Positions 1-9,503 of a DNA stretch of 64,000 bases are shown here, one piece after another (within the stretch, counting starts at the first letter, position 1; the number at the start of each line of letters is the position of its first letter). The DNA lies in the NCBI GenBank assembly GCA_034530875.2, contig JAVRCJ020000012.1, positions 96,001-160,000 on the forward strand, written 5' to 3'. Below the pieces are notes generated by a model. The model ran no database searches and was not told the origin of the DNA. It worked only from the letters and a program-made list of their open reading frames with translations. The position numbers and the translations under genes are program-made. This DNA is from Nostoc sp. DedSLP01. Its GTDB lineage: Bacteria > Cyanobacteriota > Cyanobacteriia > Cyanobacteriales > Nostocaceae.

Positions 1-26
1 TGTTTAATTTCTAATTCAGTTTTCAT
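1..26 (-). CDS. 5' end of the next gene of the biosynthetic operon (MKTELEIK...), truncated by the window edge
   Basis: ATG at 26-24 overlaps the TGA stop (25-23) of the diiron gene in an ATGA coupling; the frame stays open to position 1. Only 8 codons are visible. Confidence 0.55.
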
Positions 27-883
27 AACGCAGGTTCCTCTTCTAAAATGCCAGCATCTACAAAAAACCGAATACATTTAGCTGAGATTTCTTGTCGATG
101 TTTTTGGCATTGAGGATGTGAAAAAGCCTTTTCTCTGACTTCATAAGGTTTTTCTAGACCAGCATCTTTATACACATCTGGGTTATAATATTCTGCCCAA
201 GTTCCCACAAAATAATTTTGTAAATATTTGCGGATATTTTGCAGAGTTTCTGCTGACCATGAGGTGGAATAGCGGTCAAAAAGTTCTTTGACGATTTGAC
301 GACCAAATATCAGATGACGTACTTCTTCTTGATGATGAAAAAGATTGATTTGGCGTGCAAGAGGAACTAGACTTTCATCTTGTGACATCCTCCAGTTATA
401 CACATCCACGATTTCTTCAAAAATTACAACTTTAGTGAAAAATAGAAAGTCTTCTTCACCGACTTCATATTCTCGTGGAAATGCAATCTTTTTATTTCGA
501 TATATCTTTCCAGCATATTTCTTGCAGAAACCGCCAAAATGTAGCATGTGCTTGTTCTCTTCATCTAAAAAATGATGCAGATAAGCAGAATATGAGCTTT
601 TATCTGGTTCGTATAGCCGTTGGGACAGCCCTGATATCAGTGCCTTTTCACCATGAATATTGAGGCTGAAAAAATTGACTGCTTCGTAAAAACTAAGCCT
701 TTTCTGCTCAATCTCCGTCAAATTTTCATAGAATTCAGTGCCGTAAAGTGAGATTAATTGCGGACTCGTAAACCATTGTTCTAAGTCGAGAACTTCCGGC
801 CACTCCAAATATACGTAAGGATTGATATATTTTTTTCTGGAAGCATCACAAAGTTTTTCAACTACATTAGTTAATCTGTCCAT
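23..883 (-). CDS. AurF-like (ferritin-like) diiron oxygenase
   Basis: 286 aa with two ExxH-type metal motifs (DEENKH, EEVRH) plus IHGE and IFEE carboxylate helices, spaced as in the AurF/CmlI family. Confidence 0.8.
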   Translation of the reverse strand: MDRLTNVVEKLCDASRKKYINPYVYLEWPEVLDLEQWFTSPQLISLYGTEFYENLTEIEQKRLSFYEAVNFFSLNIHGEKALISGLSQRLYEPDKSSYSAYLHHFLDEENKHMLHFGGFCKKYAGKIYRNKKIAFPREYEVGEEDFLFFTKVVIFEEIVDVYNWRMSQDESLVPLARQINLFHHQEEVRHLIFGRQIVKELFDRYSTSWSAETLQNIRKYLQNYFVGTWAEYYNPDVYKDAGLEKPYEVREKAFSHPQCQKHRQEISAKCIRFFVDAGILEEEPAL

Positions 884-886
884 TGT

Positions 887-1837
887 TTAAATTTTCTCCA
901 AAATTACAGATTGCCAGTTCAAGCCATAACCTGCCATAACCAACATGATGCGATCGCCTGATTTAATTTTTCCTGAGTTCATTAACCATGTAAGATTAAT
1001 AATGTTATCGCCACTAATTACATGACCCGCTTCTGGTAGTGATTGAAAGTAAACTCGCTCTGGATCGAACTTGAGAATACGAGACAATATCTGCCAAGCA
1101 TTAATGTGAGTATTTTGACTAACAATCCAATCTATTTGTCCTATCTCCAGATTAGTTTTTCTCAATATTTCTTGAATGAGCCGATAGGTATAACTAAAAT
1201 AACTTCCTACTGTTTCATCATCTGAGGCCAGATACATTGCTCCGTTGGTAATTGCATGGTTAGCAATTAATCGAAAACCTGCTGGCTCATGAGAAACTAT
1301 ACAAGCAGCTGCTCCATCAGAAATAAGATTATATGCTTGTTCGTATAAAGCTTCTTGGGGAAATCTATCTGATGTTACACATAAAACGCGCTTCACATCT
1401 GGTTCGCATAACAAAAGCATTTTAGCTAAATGCAAAGAACCTAACATTCCCGTACAAGCCTGCTGATTTAATCCAATCACAGTTGCTCTTTCTATCCCGA
1501 AATCGCTCTGCAAATGACTTGCTGGGAAATCCATTAAATACTTAACATCTCTAGTTTCTTGAAACTTTTCATAGTAACCGATATTCCCATTCATCGGAAT
1601 ACAAGTAGAATAAACAATTGCTCCAATATCACCTAAATCATCTTGAATTTTCTCAATTGCCAACTTTGCTAAATCGTAAGCATTAGTCTTTGACGAACAA
1701 ACATAATGTTTGCGAAATCCAGCTTCTTGTAAAACCGAAGTAGTTGAAAGTGTTCTTCCCTGGGCTACTGCTTCCTCTACAGTATATGTTTCATCACCTA
1801 AAACATAAGAAAAATTATTGACAAATACTTCATTCAT
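887..1837 (-). CDS. 3-oxoacyl-ACP synthase III (FabH-like) family protein with a non-canonical active site
   Basis: QQACTG catalytic Cys and C-terminal GYGLNW strand. SQNTH replaces PHQAN, and GHVISGD replaces GNTSAAS. Confidence 0.85.
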   Translation of the reverse strand: MNEVFVNNFSYVLGDETYTVEEAVAQGRTLSTTSVLQEAGFRKHYVCSSKTNAYDLAKLAIEKIQDDLGDIGAIVYSTCIPMNGNIGYYEKFQETRDVKYLMDFPASHLQSDFGIERATVIGLNQQACTGMLGSLHLAKMLLLCEPDVKRVLCVTSDRFPQEALYEQAYNLISDGAAACIVSHEPAGFRLIANHAITNGAMYLASDDETVGSYFSYTYRLIQEILRKTNLEIGQIDWIVSQNTHINAWQILSRILKFDPERVYFQSLPEAGHVISGDNIINLTWLMNSGKIKSGDRIMLVMAGYGLNWQSVILEKI

Positions 1838-1839
1838 AG

Positions 1840-2412
1840 TTATTTAGTTTCCAATTTCGGAAAAAATCTACCTGTATGTTTGATATAAGCTTTATACTCG
1901 GCTCCAAATTCAGATGCTGACAAGCGTTTTTCTTCTCTAGCCGCAGTTATATTTAACGCTACTAATCCATAAATCAAGGTGAATATTGTTCCTGGATGGG
2001 GATATAAAATAAATCCTCCCAAAAGACTTAAGAGAAAAGATGTATAAAAGGGATGGCGGATTTTGCCATAAGCGCCATAAGTCACAATGTGTTTTGGCCG
2101 ATCGTTATTTTGATGCCACAAGGAAAGGGGAATTCGATGGGTACCAAGAGTAAAGAAAATTAAAGAAATAGAAGCAACGCTAAATGGCACAGATAACAAA
2201 TCATTGTGAAAATTCCATAACTGCCCGTACTTTAAGAGTGGCGTTACCAATTTGAAATAGGAATTTAAAAGCAACAATGGGCACAGAAGGAAAGGAGCAG
2301 CTGTACTCCACCACTTAAGATTTTTGCGGCCATCTTGTCTAAAGAATACATAAGGTAGGCTGCCAATCACTAGGAAATCGATCGCATAGAGCAGTAAAAC
2401 AGATTCATTCAT
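1840..2412 (-). CDS. Isoprenylcysteine carboxyl methyltransferase (ICMT/Ste14/PEMT) family membrane methyltransferase
   Basis: Several TM segments; IVTYGAYGKIRHPFY motif; REEKRL...FGAEYKAY...TGRFFP C-terminus. Confidence 0.85.
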   Translation of the reverse strand: MNESVLLLYAIDFLVIGSLPYVFFRQDGRKNLKWWSTAAPFLLCPLLLLNSYFKLVTPLLKYGQLWNFHNDLLSVPFSVASISLIFFTLGTHRIPLSLWHQNNDRPKHIVTYGAYGKIRHPFYTSFLLSLLGGFILYPHPGTIFTLIYGLVALNITAAREEKRLSASEFGAEYKAYIKHTGRFFPKLETK

Positions 2413-2416
2413 TTTT

Positions 2417-4105
2417 TTACTCCAAAGTATTTATCCATTCAAGAACTAGTGGACGCTTGATTTTACGAGTGGAGGTTTTTGGTAAAGCTTCTAAGTGCAT
2501 GAATATGCGTGATGGTCGTTTATAAGACGCTAGATTTGTAGCTAAGTTGGCAATCTCTCGTTCAATTTCTCTTAATAAAGCTTCGGGTTTTGTTTGTAGT
2601 TCTTGTTTGATGAAGTCAGAGGGAACAACTACAGCGCAAACTTCTTCGGTATCTTTCTTGATTCCATATTTCGCTAGTCTGCCTAGTACACAAATTTCTT
2701 GAATTGCAGGACTCTTAGACAAAATAGCTTCTACTTCTTCAGGATTAACTTTTTTACTACCTCCTAAAACAATCAGATTTTTAATCCGTCCTGTAATGTG
2801 GAGAAATCCATCAGCATCAATAACCCCCAAATCGCCTGTATGAAACCATCCATCCCGATCTAAAACTTGCCTGGTTAACTCTTCACTTTTGTAATACCCT
2901 TTCATCACATGAGGGCCGCGAGTCAAAACTTCACCTTGAGTTTGTTCTGGTTCTGGGGAATCAATTTTGATTTCTACACCAGGCAGAGGTTTACCAACAG
3001 AGCCAATACGATTGGCTTTTGGACTGTTAACGCAGATTACTGGCCCAGTCTCTGTTAGTCCGTAACCTTGAATGATTGGTAACCCAATTTGCTCAAAAAA
3101 GCCGGCCACATCCATATCAAGAGCAGCGCCGCCTGAGATAAAAAGGCGGAATTTACCACCAAATTTCTGATGTATTGGGAAGAAAATTATTCGTCGAGCC
3201 GTTTGCCAAGGTAACTTCTTAGCCAAGGTCATAGCACCTTGAAACCATAAGCGTTTTAGTGGCGTACCACGAACGACTTCTTTTTGAATACTGTTGTAGA
3301 GGGTTTTAAAAAATAATGGTACTCCCAGGATTGCTGTAATCTGACGCTCCTGCATCATCTGTAAAATGTCCTGTGGATAGAGGCTTTGAGCATAACAAAC
3401 TGTGCCTCCTGCATAAAGCACACTGAGCAAACCTCCACTCAACTCCAGAAGATGGTTGAGCGGCAAAATCGATAGAAAAGAGTCATTAGGCCCGATTCCT
3501 ACAAGCTTTCCGAGTGTTTCAGCCTCAAAAATCAAATTTCTAAATGCGATCGCCACACCCTTTGGTTTACCCGTGGTTCCAGAGGTGTAAATGATACTAG
3601 CTACTTCATCCAACTGGCGTTCTTGGAATTGCAGAATGTCTTGAGATTGTATTGATTCAGATGGTAAATCAATCGCTACTTTTTCTAATGTCAATACTTG
3701 TGCAATAGAAACAACACTACTTTTTAATTTGTCAGCAATATTTTGATGAGACAAAGATGTTAAGAGTATTTGAGGAACACAATCACTAAGTATTGAGTTC
3801 AGTTCAGTTTCACTTAACTTGATATCTAAAGGAACTACAATCGCACCTGCCAAAAATCCGGCAAATAATCCAATACTCCATTCGGGTCGAGATTCTGAGA
3901 GAATAGCGATGCGATCGCCAGGCTGGATACCAGACTCAATCAGATAATTAGCCAGATTACAGGCTCTTTGTCCAAGTTCTGCATAGCTCAAATTCTGCCA
4001 ATTGTCGCCGTTTTTTATACAAAGAGCTGTTTTCGATCCAAACTGCTCTAATTTACTTTTCAACAAGCTTAAAACACTATTTGTAATAGGATAATCATCT
4101 TTCAT
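2417..4105 (-). CDS. Long-chain fatty acid--CoA/ACP ligase (AMP-binding)
   Basis: YTSGTTGKPKG, QGYGLTE, WFHTGDLG, GRIKNLI and LPKTSTRKIKR motifs. Confidence 0.9.
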   Translation of the reverse strand: MKDDYPITNSVLSLLKSKLEQFGSKTALCIKNGDNWQNLSYAELGQRACNLANYLIESGIQPGDRIAILSESRPEWSIGLFAGFLAGAIVVPLDIKLSETELNSILSDCVPQILLTSLSHQNIADKLKSSVVSIAQVLTLEKVAIDLPSESIQSQDILQFQERQLDEVASIIYTSGTTGKPKGVAIAFRNLIFEAETLGKLVGIGPNDSFLSILPLNHLLELSGGLLSVLYAGGTVCYAQSLYPQDILQMMQERQITAILGVPLFFKTLYNSIQKEVVRGTPLKRLWFQGAMTLAKKLPWQTARRIIFFPIHQKFGGKFRLFISGGAALDMDVAGFFEQIGLPIIQGYGLTETGPVICVNSPKANRIGSVGKPLPGVEIKIDSPEPEQTQGEVLTRGPHVMKGYYKSEELTRQVLDRDGWFHTGDLGVIDADGFLHITGRIKNLIVLGGSKKVNPEEVEAILSKSPAIQEICVLGRLAKYGIKKDTEEVCAVVVPSDFIKQELQTKPEALLREIEREIANLATNLASYKRPSRIFMHLEALPKTSTRKIKRPLVLEWINTLE

Positions 4106-4135
4106 ATCCAGTACTTTTTCGATAGTTGTGATTAA

Positions 4136-5932
4136 TTAAGCAACTTCAGAAGCTTCAATTTCGGATTTGTCTGAACTAATTTGGTTCAGATTATAAATCC
4201 ACTTACCAACAACATTTAGGTTATCTGCAAGAAACTGCGATCGACAGATATGGCGTTGTAATTTACCACTAGAAGTCTTGAGAATACTCCCCATTTTCAC
4301 CAAAACTACAGCATATATCTGCAAACCATGCTCTTTTGCAACTGATTGACGAATAGCCGCAACCATCCGATCGAGATTCACATCCCGATAATGACGCTCA
4401 ATCTCCTGAACAACTACCAACTGCTCAAGGCCATTTACTGCAATGGTAAAAGCTACACCACAGCCCAAGCGCAGTTTAGGATTAGTCTTTTGCACCGTCA
4501 GTTCTATATCGTGAGGATAATAACTACAGCCATCTAAGACAATCAAATCTTGCAAGTATCCGATGACAAACAATTCACCATTACTAAAAAATCCCAAATC
4601 ACCGGTACGGAAAAAAGGCTCTGACGCTGCACTAGCATTGGTATCTGCTAAGTAAGCTTGGAAAGCACTCTTTGTTTGTTCTGGCTGGTTCCAATAACCT
4701 TGGGTAATATTAGACCCAGATAACCAAATCTCCCCTACTTGTTCGGGTAGACATGGGACTAACTTATTGGGATCGACAATTAATATTTTTTGGTCAGATA
4801 CTGTTTGTCCGCAACTGACGAATTTTTTCGTGTTTCGATCCTCTAGCGCTGTTGGCACTATCTGATTATGCTTGAGCGCTTCTTTTTGAAAAGACTGAAT
4901 CACAGGGGAAGTGGTTTTCGCTCCTCCGGAAACGAATAAAGTTGCTTCACCCAAACCATAACAAGGATAAAAAGCCTCTCTTTGGAAGCCACAGGGTTCA
5001 AAAGCTTCTGCAAATTGGTCTAATGTCTCAGCACGAATAGGCTCTGAGCCAATAAAAGCCAGATCCCAACTACTCAGGTCTAGGAGTTTCTTTTGTTCGG
5101 AACTGATACTGCGAACGCATAAATCATAACCAAAATTAGGCCCTCCGCTAGTATTAACTTTGTAACGAGAAATTGCCTCTAACCATTGAAATGGCTGCTG
5201 TACAAATGTCATTGGTGACATAAGTATGCAGGGAATACCTACATACAGAGGCTGTAATATATTTCCGATCAGACCCATATCATGGTAGGGAGGCAACCAG
5301 CCTGCAACAATAGACTGTTGTGTATGCTGGAAAGCTTCTTGAATCATGCTTTCGTTGTAGAGTATGTTCCCATGACTCACCATTATTCCTTTTGGTGTGG
5401 CTGTAGATCCTGATGTGTATTGCAGAAATGCCAACGTATCGCTGTTGATTATTGGTTCTTCCCAGTCTAAAACCTCATCATTGTTCGGGTTATCGGTTAT
5501 TAGCCAATGCAATGAAGCCAACTCCGGAGTTGCGGAAAATTGCTCTTTTAAGCTAGTCAATACAGATGTGGTAGTTAGTGCTACTGTAGCTTGAGCATCT
5601 TTGATAATTGCCATCAATCTGGAGACTTTTTGCCGACTGGGTGGATAAGCTGGAACTGCAACTACCTTGGCATACAAACATCCAAAGAAGGCAGCAATGT
5701 AGTCTAATCCTGGTGGATAGAGGAGTAGTGCGCGTTCGCCAGTAGCTTTCATCGATTGTAATTGTACTGCGATCGCTCTGGCCTGTGATTCTAACTCTCG
5801 ATAACTTAGACGAGCTAATTCTATGCCGTTGTTTTGCAGAAAAATATAAGCAATTTGGTCTGCTTGTTCTTGAGATCTGTAAGATAGAAGATCGGTTAAA
5901 GTAGAAAATTTATACATAACTGTTACCAACAA
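4136..5932 (-). CDS. Fatty acyl-AMP ligase (FAAL); real start may be the ATG at 5917
   Basis: LAFLQYTSGSTATPKG, WLPPYHDMGLIG, SGGPNFGYDLC, FYPCYGLGEATL, RTGDLGF and KTSSGKLQR motifs; FAAL-type insertion present. Confidence 0.9.
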   Translation of the reverse strand: MLVTVMYKFSTLTDLLSYRSQEQADQIAYIFLQNNGIELARLSYRELESQARAIAVQLQSMKATGERALLLYPPGLDYIAAFFGCLYAKVVAVPAYPPSRQKVSRLMAIIKDAQATVALTTTSVLTSLKEQFSATPELASLHWLITDNPNNDEVLDWEEPIINSDTLAFLQYTSGSTATPKGIMVSHGNILYNESMIQEAFQHTQQSIVAGWLPPYHDMGLIGNILQPLYVGIPCILMSPMTFVQQPFQWLEAISRYKVNTSGGPNFGYDLCVRSISSEQKKLLDLSSWDLAFIGSEPIRAETLDQFAEAFEPCGFQREAFYPCYGLGEATLFVSGGAKTTSPVIQSFQKEALKHNQIVPTALEDRNTKKFVSCGQTVSDQKILIVDPNKLVPCLPEQVGEIWLSGSNITQGYWNQPEQTKSAFQAYLADTNASAASEPFFRTGDLGFFSNGELFVIGYLQDLIVLDGCSYYPHDIELTVQKTNPKLRLGCGVAFTIAVNGLEQLVVVQEIERHYRDVNLDRMVAAIRQSVAKEHGLQIYAVVLVKMGSILKTSSGKLQRHICRSQFLADNLNVVGKWIYNLNQISSDKSEIEASEVA

Positions 5933-6160
5933 AGAATTGGCGTAAAACTTTTTAGTCTGATGATGTCGATCGACTTTGATTAGTTTGATGGTTTATACCA
6001 TTTCACTTGAAAAATAATAATTTAAATTGCTTTTAATACCTTCTAGACACTACTAGTTGTACTTTTTTATAAAAATATCGGTTGATTTGCTAACAAGTAA
6101 GTCCTTGTATCGCTTATTATTCTGTTTATTAATTATAATTTATAGGTTTTACATACTAAC

Positions 6161-6655
6161 CTAAACTCTTTGGTTAATATAATTAATAATTTGCTGCACA
6201 GTTGTAAGGGTTTGAGCAGTTTGAGCAGAAATTTCAATGTCAAAAGCTTCTTCTATAGCAACCATTAGTTCTAGCATATCTAAAGAATCTATCCTGAAAT
6301 CTGCTGTTAAATTTGCAATAGGAACAATTTTGTCTGGTTCAATTCCTAATTTATCTGTAATGATACTGGATATTTTTTGAAAAACCCCTAGTTTCTTTAG
6401 CTGGTTGTTATGAAACACAGTTTTAATTTCTTCTGATAGGATTACCACCTCTTTTAAAATTAGAATTATACGTAGGTAACGTTGAATGTTTTCATTATCT
6501 AAAGGATAATTATGATATTTCAACCAATTTCTGCAAATTTGATATGTATTACCGTATAAGTTAAAAGCATCTAAGGTTAAGCCCTCAGAGGATGAATCTT
6601 GAATATTCTTATTAATAAGAGGAATAGTATTTTTTTGGGGTGATTCATTTTGCAT
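6161..6655 (-). CDS. Acyl carrier protein with an approx. 85 aa N-terminal extension
   Basis: C-terminal IDSLDMLELMVAIEEAFDIEI phosphopantetheinylation motif, AcpP-like. Confidence 0.85.
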   Translation of the reverse strand: MQNESPQKNTIPLINKNIQDSSSEGLTLDAFNLYGNTYQICRNWLKYHNYPLDNENIQRYLRIILILKEVVILSEEIKTVFHNNQLKKLGVFQKISSIITDKLGIEPDKIVPIANLTADFRIDSLDMLELMVAIEEAFDIEISAQTAQTLTTVQQIINYINQRV

Positions 6656-6786
6656 ATAATTATTGAAAAATAGGATTGAACCCTGAAGAGCCGTTGATTT
6701 TAGTTAGGAATAGAATTTGCCACCATTCTATTAGACTCTGCGTTTCAAGTCAGGGGCGTTGTTGGTGGGTAAAGAGTCCAGCGCAA

Positions 6787-6815
6787 GCGTAGGTGCAGTT
6801 CATCGCAGACATCGC
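6787..6815. repeat. 21-nt small dispersed repeat inserted in a HIP1 site
   Basis: GCG + TAGGTGCAGTTCATCGCAGAC + ATCGC; same architecture as 11935-11963. Confidence 0.65.
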
Positions 6816-7144
6816 GATCGCCAGTCCCATAACTTCAGTTAAAATCTTTATTATTTCCTCAACTTCGATGACGATTAGCTGACAAGTTGATTTTTAAAGG
6901 TATGCAGCTCCTTTTTAGGACATAATATTAACATCTCTCTAAACAGCTAATATAATGTTGATATTTATCTATGGGTAGTACCCATAAGGGTAATATTTTA
7001 GGCTTTGGAGAAAAATAAGTTTTCGCGTATTGTATGACTCTGTTGGCGAATTCAAAAAGCTCCTGCAAGGTTACTTTTCATAAAATAACCGAGTAAACTA
7101 TATAAGTTTACTGCTGGGAAAACTCAATAACTTTTATTAAGTAG

Positions 7145-7274
7145 ATAAAACTCACATTTGATTGCGTGAAAAAAACAGTACATCCAGACAAGGCTTTTGT
7201 CCTACTCCCTACTCCCCATTCCCTACTCCCTGTCTAGACAAATAAATTCTCCAAATCAAACCGGACTCCCATAT
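7145..7274 (+). mobile_element. Approx. 130 bp MITE-like repeat, family A, copy 1
   Basis: Near-identical to 26739-26869, and to 22074-22206, 54098-54228 and 55731-55860 in reverse; imperfect TIRs; internal CCCTACT/CCCCATT heptamers. Confidence 0.8.
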
Positions 7275-7308
7275 ACATTATTTCTCTTATGTTTGAACTC
7301 AAGGTAGT

Positions 7309-7415
7309 TAAGTAGAAGGCAGGAGGCAGTTATTGCTGGAGGCAGAAGGTAAAACCCTCAATAGTAAAAGGTTTCGCTCCTTTAGATTTTACATTTAATT
7401 ATGTCCGCCTACTTA
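7309..7415 (+). mobile_element. MITE-like repeat with TAAGTAG...CTACTTA ends (family C)
   Basis: 7344-7415 matches the reverse complement of 43190-43261. Confidence 0.65.
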
Positions 7416-7744
7416 GACATGAATGTAGATTTTTAATTTGTACTTATTAGTTATTGTCAAGCTTTTATCTAGCCTTTATGCCGCATGTCAGTTTTTGTAA
7501 CAGTTTTTAATAACACCTCATCGATCGCAGTCGCTTTAACACACATGCAACAGAAGTTTGACCAGCGGTCGAAGCGATCGCGAGTTTGTTACGCTTACCG
7601 CCGATTGAATTAGGGTGCAAGATTTTGGCAAAGCACTGTCAGAAATCCTTAGCAGCGCAAAGTTGCCCAAAAGAGCTTATGAGTTTTTGCTAACCCAAAA
7701 GTGGATTTTTCAAGCACGATCGAGCCGCGTTGTAATTCTACACT

Positions 7745-7880
7745 CAATACGGTTCGGTTAACGTGTTTATTCCTCGAAGATCTCCCCAACCCCTCGATAA
7801 ATTCGGTGGCTCACAACCCTTTTTTACCCTCTTTTTAATGGGGTCGCCGTAGGCGGGGGGGTCTTAACGGAACCGTATTG
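7745..7880 (+). mobile_element. 136 bp MITE, family B, copy 1, with 10 bp target-site duplication
   Basis: TIRs CAATACGGTTCGGTTAA / TTAACGGAACCGTATTG; direct repeat ATTCTACACT at 7735-7744 and 7881-7890. Confidence 0.9.
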
Positions 7881-8523
7881 ATTCTACACTGGTATACGTA
7901 TCGTTGCTGTCTAGAACAATACCATAAAATTTTCAAGTCTGGGTGTCATCAATACCCTTCAGTTAAGCTTTTTTCTCCCCCCCTGCTTCCTCTGCCTCCT
8001 CTGCTTCCCTTAACAGATAAATTCCTTAACCTAAGTATATCGAGGTAGAATTAAGAGGTTTTTGTCTTCTTTGTCAAGGAGAATCTAAAAATGTTTCAAA
8101 TCGCAACAAAACATTTTTCAAACATTCTCTAAAGGTTTTACTATTTTTCTTTTTATAAAAAAAATTGAGAGGTTAAGACTTTACTATTTTTCTTTTTATA
8201 AAAGAAATTAATTGGTTTTTTTTTGATTGTTTCAATTTAGTTACTTTAAAATAATTTTAAATTTCAAGTGGCAATTTTAGTCGCTTCATTATATAGATTT
8301 AAAATAGGTATTGTATATATATAAATGACTCCTATTTGATTTTTGCAAAGCTAGGTGGACTTTTTTTCGCTGTTAAGAGTTCCCTATTTCCTGTCTCTAC
8401 TAGCGTTCTGGAGAATTTACTTGCTTAAGTAGGGAGGAGAAAATAGGGAAAATATAATGCAGAAGAAATACTTACTAAGTCTGATTCAAAAATTAAATTA
8501 CGAGTTTGATAAAAGTCAACTTA

Positions 8524-8613
8524 CTAGTACAGCACGGCCCAAAGAAACAGACGATTCAAAATGGGGCAAAAATTGAAAATATAATTCCTTTGACTTTTGT
8601 GCAACTGTACTAG
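8524..8613. repeat. Short element with CTAGTACAG...CTGTACTAG inverted ends
   Basis: Perfect 9 bp terminal inverted repeat, 41 bp upstream of the RTX gene. Confidence 0.5.
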
Positions 8614-8654
8614 CTCGATGTTGTCTAAAAAACAGTTAATCAGGAGAAATTCTC

Positions 8655-9305
8655 ATGGCGATCGCACTTGACAATATTAGTTCTGGCTTGAAGATCGATA
8701 TTGGCGGTATCAAAATTGGCGATATTAGTTCTAATTCCAGAAATGGTAGTGGTGGTAATGACATTATCTTCGGTCTCAATAGCAAGGACAATATCGATGG
8801 CAAACAGGGGAATGACATTCTCTACGGCAAGGATGGGAATGACACTCTCTTAGGCGGTAGTGGGAATGACATTCTCTTAGGCGGTGACGGAAATGATAAG
8901 CTCGTGGGGGGTACCGGAGCAGATAAGCTGACAGGCGGCAAGGGCAAGGACAGTTTCGGATATACAGAACTGACTGACTCTTTGTGGAATAATTACGATC
9001 GCATAACCGATTTCAGCATTGGCACCGACTCAATTGATGGCCCATATAGTGTCAATGCAGCAGGTGTCTTTGAGAAAGGCGGAGTCTTAACAGGAGCTTG
9101 GAATCCTGGAAAAATCAATGGTTGGATTGGTGCCGTACTGGCTCCGAAGAAGGCAGTGACTTTTCAGTATAAAGCTAATGGTTCTGCTCCCCTACAGACT
9201 TTCGTCGCTCTCAATGACAATATTGCAGGGTTCCAGTCTGGTCAAGATGCCATTATCGAAATCACTGGTTATAGCGGAAACTTGACCAATCTCACGATTG
9301 TCTAG
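8655..9305 (+). CDS. RTX (hemolysin-type Ca-binding) repeat protein with a C-terminal bluetail-like domain
   Basis: GGxGxDxL nonapeptides; C-terminal TFVALNDNIAGFQSGQDAIIEITG; SD AGGAG upstream. Confidence 0.85.
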   Translation: MAIALDNISSGLKIDIGGIKIGDISSNSRNGSGGNDIIFGLNSKDNIDGKQGNDILYGKDGNDTLLGGSGNDILLGGDGNDKLVGGTGADKLTGGKGKDSFGYTELTDSLWNNYDRITDFSIGTDSIDGPYSVNAAGVFEKGGVLTGAWNPGKINGWIGAVLAPKKAVTFQYKANGSAPLQTFVALNDNIAGFQSGQDAIIEITGYSGNLTNLTIV

Positions 9306-9367
9306 GTATTCCAAAGGTAAAACTACTGCAATATCAGTGTTAGCTAGAAACTAATTACCTCATCAAT

Positions 9368-9503
9368 CAATAGGGGTCGGTTAACGTGTTTATTCCTCGA
9401 AGATCCCCCCAACCCCCCGATAAATTGGGGGGCTTACAACCCTGTTTTACCCCCTTAAAAAGGGGGTCGCCGTAGGCGGGGAGATCTTAACCGATCCGTA
9501 TTA
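9368..9503 (+). mobile_element. MITE family B, copy 2
   Basis: Highly similar to 7745-7880; decayed TSD CCTCATCAAT / CCTGAGAAAT (7 of 10 match). Confidence 0.85.

Noticed and set aside
23..883. CylC-type halogenase call for the diiron enzyme
   Set aside because: At 286 aa it is much shorter than CylC-type enzymes as I know them and fits AurF-like spacing; halogenation cannot be inferred.
8137..8203. Possible mini CRISPR array
   Set aside because: Only two AT-rich units, a 19 nt spacer, no palindrome and no cas genes in the window.
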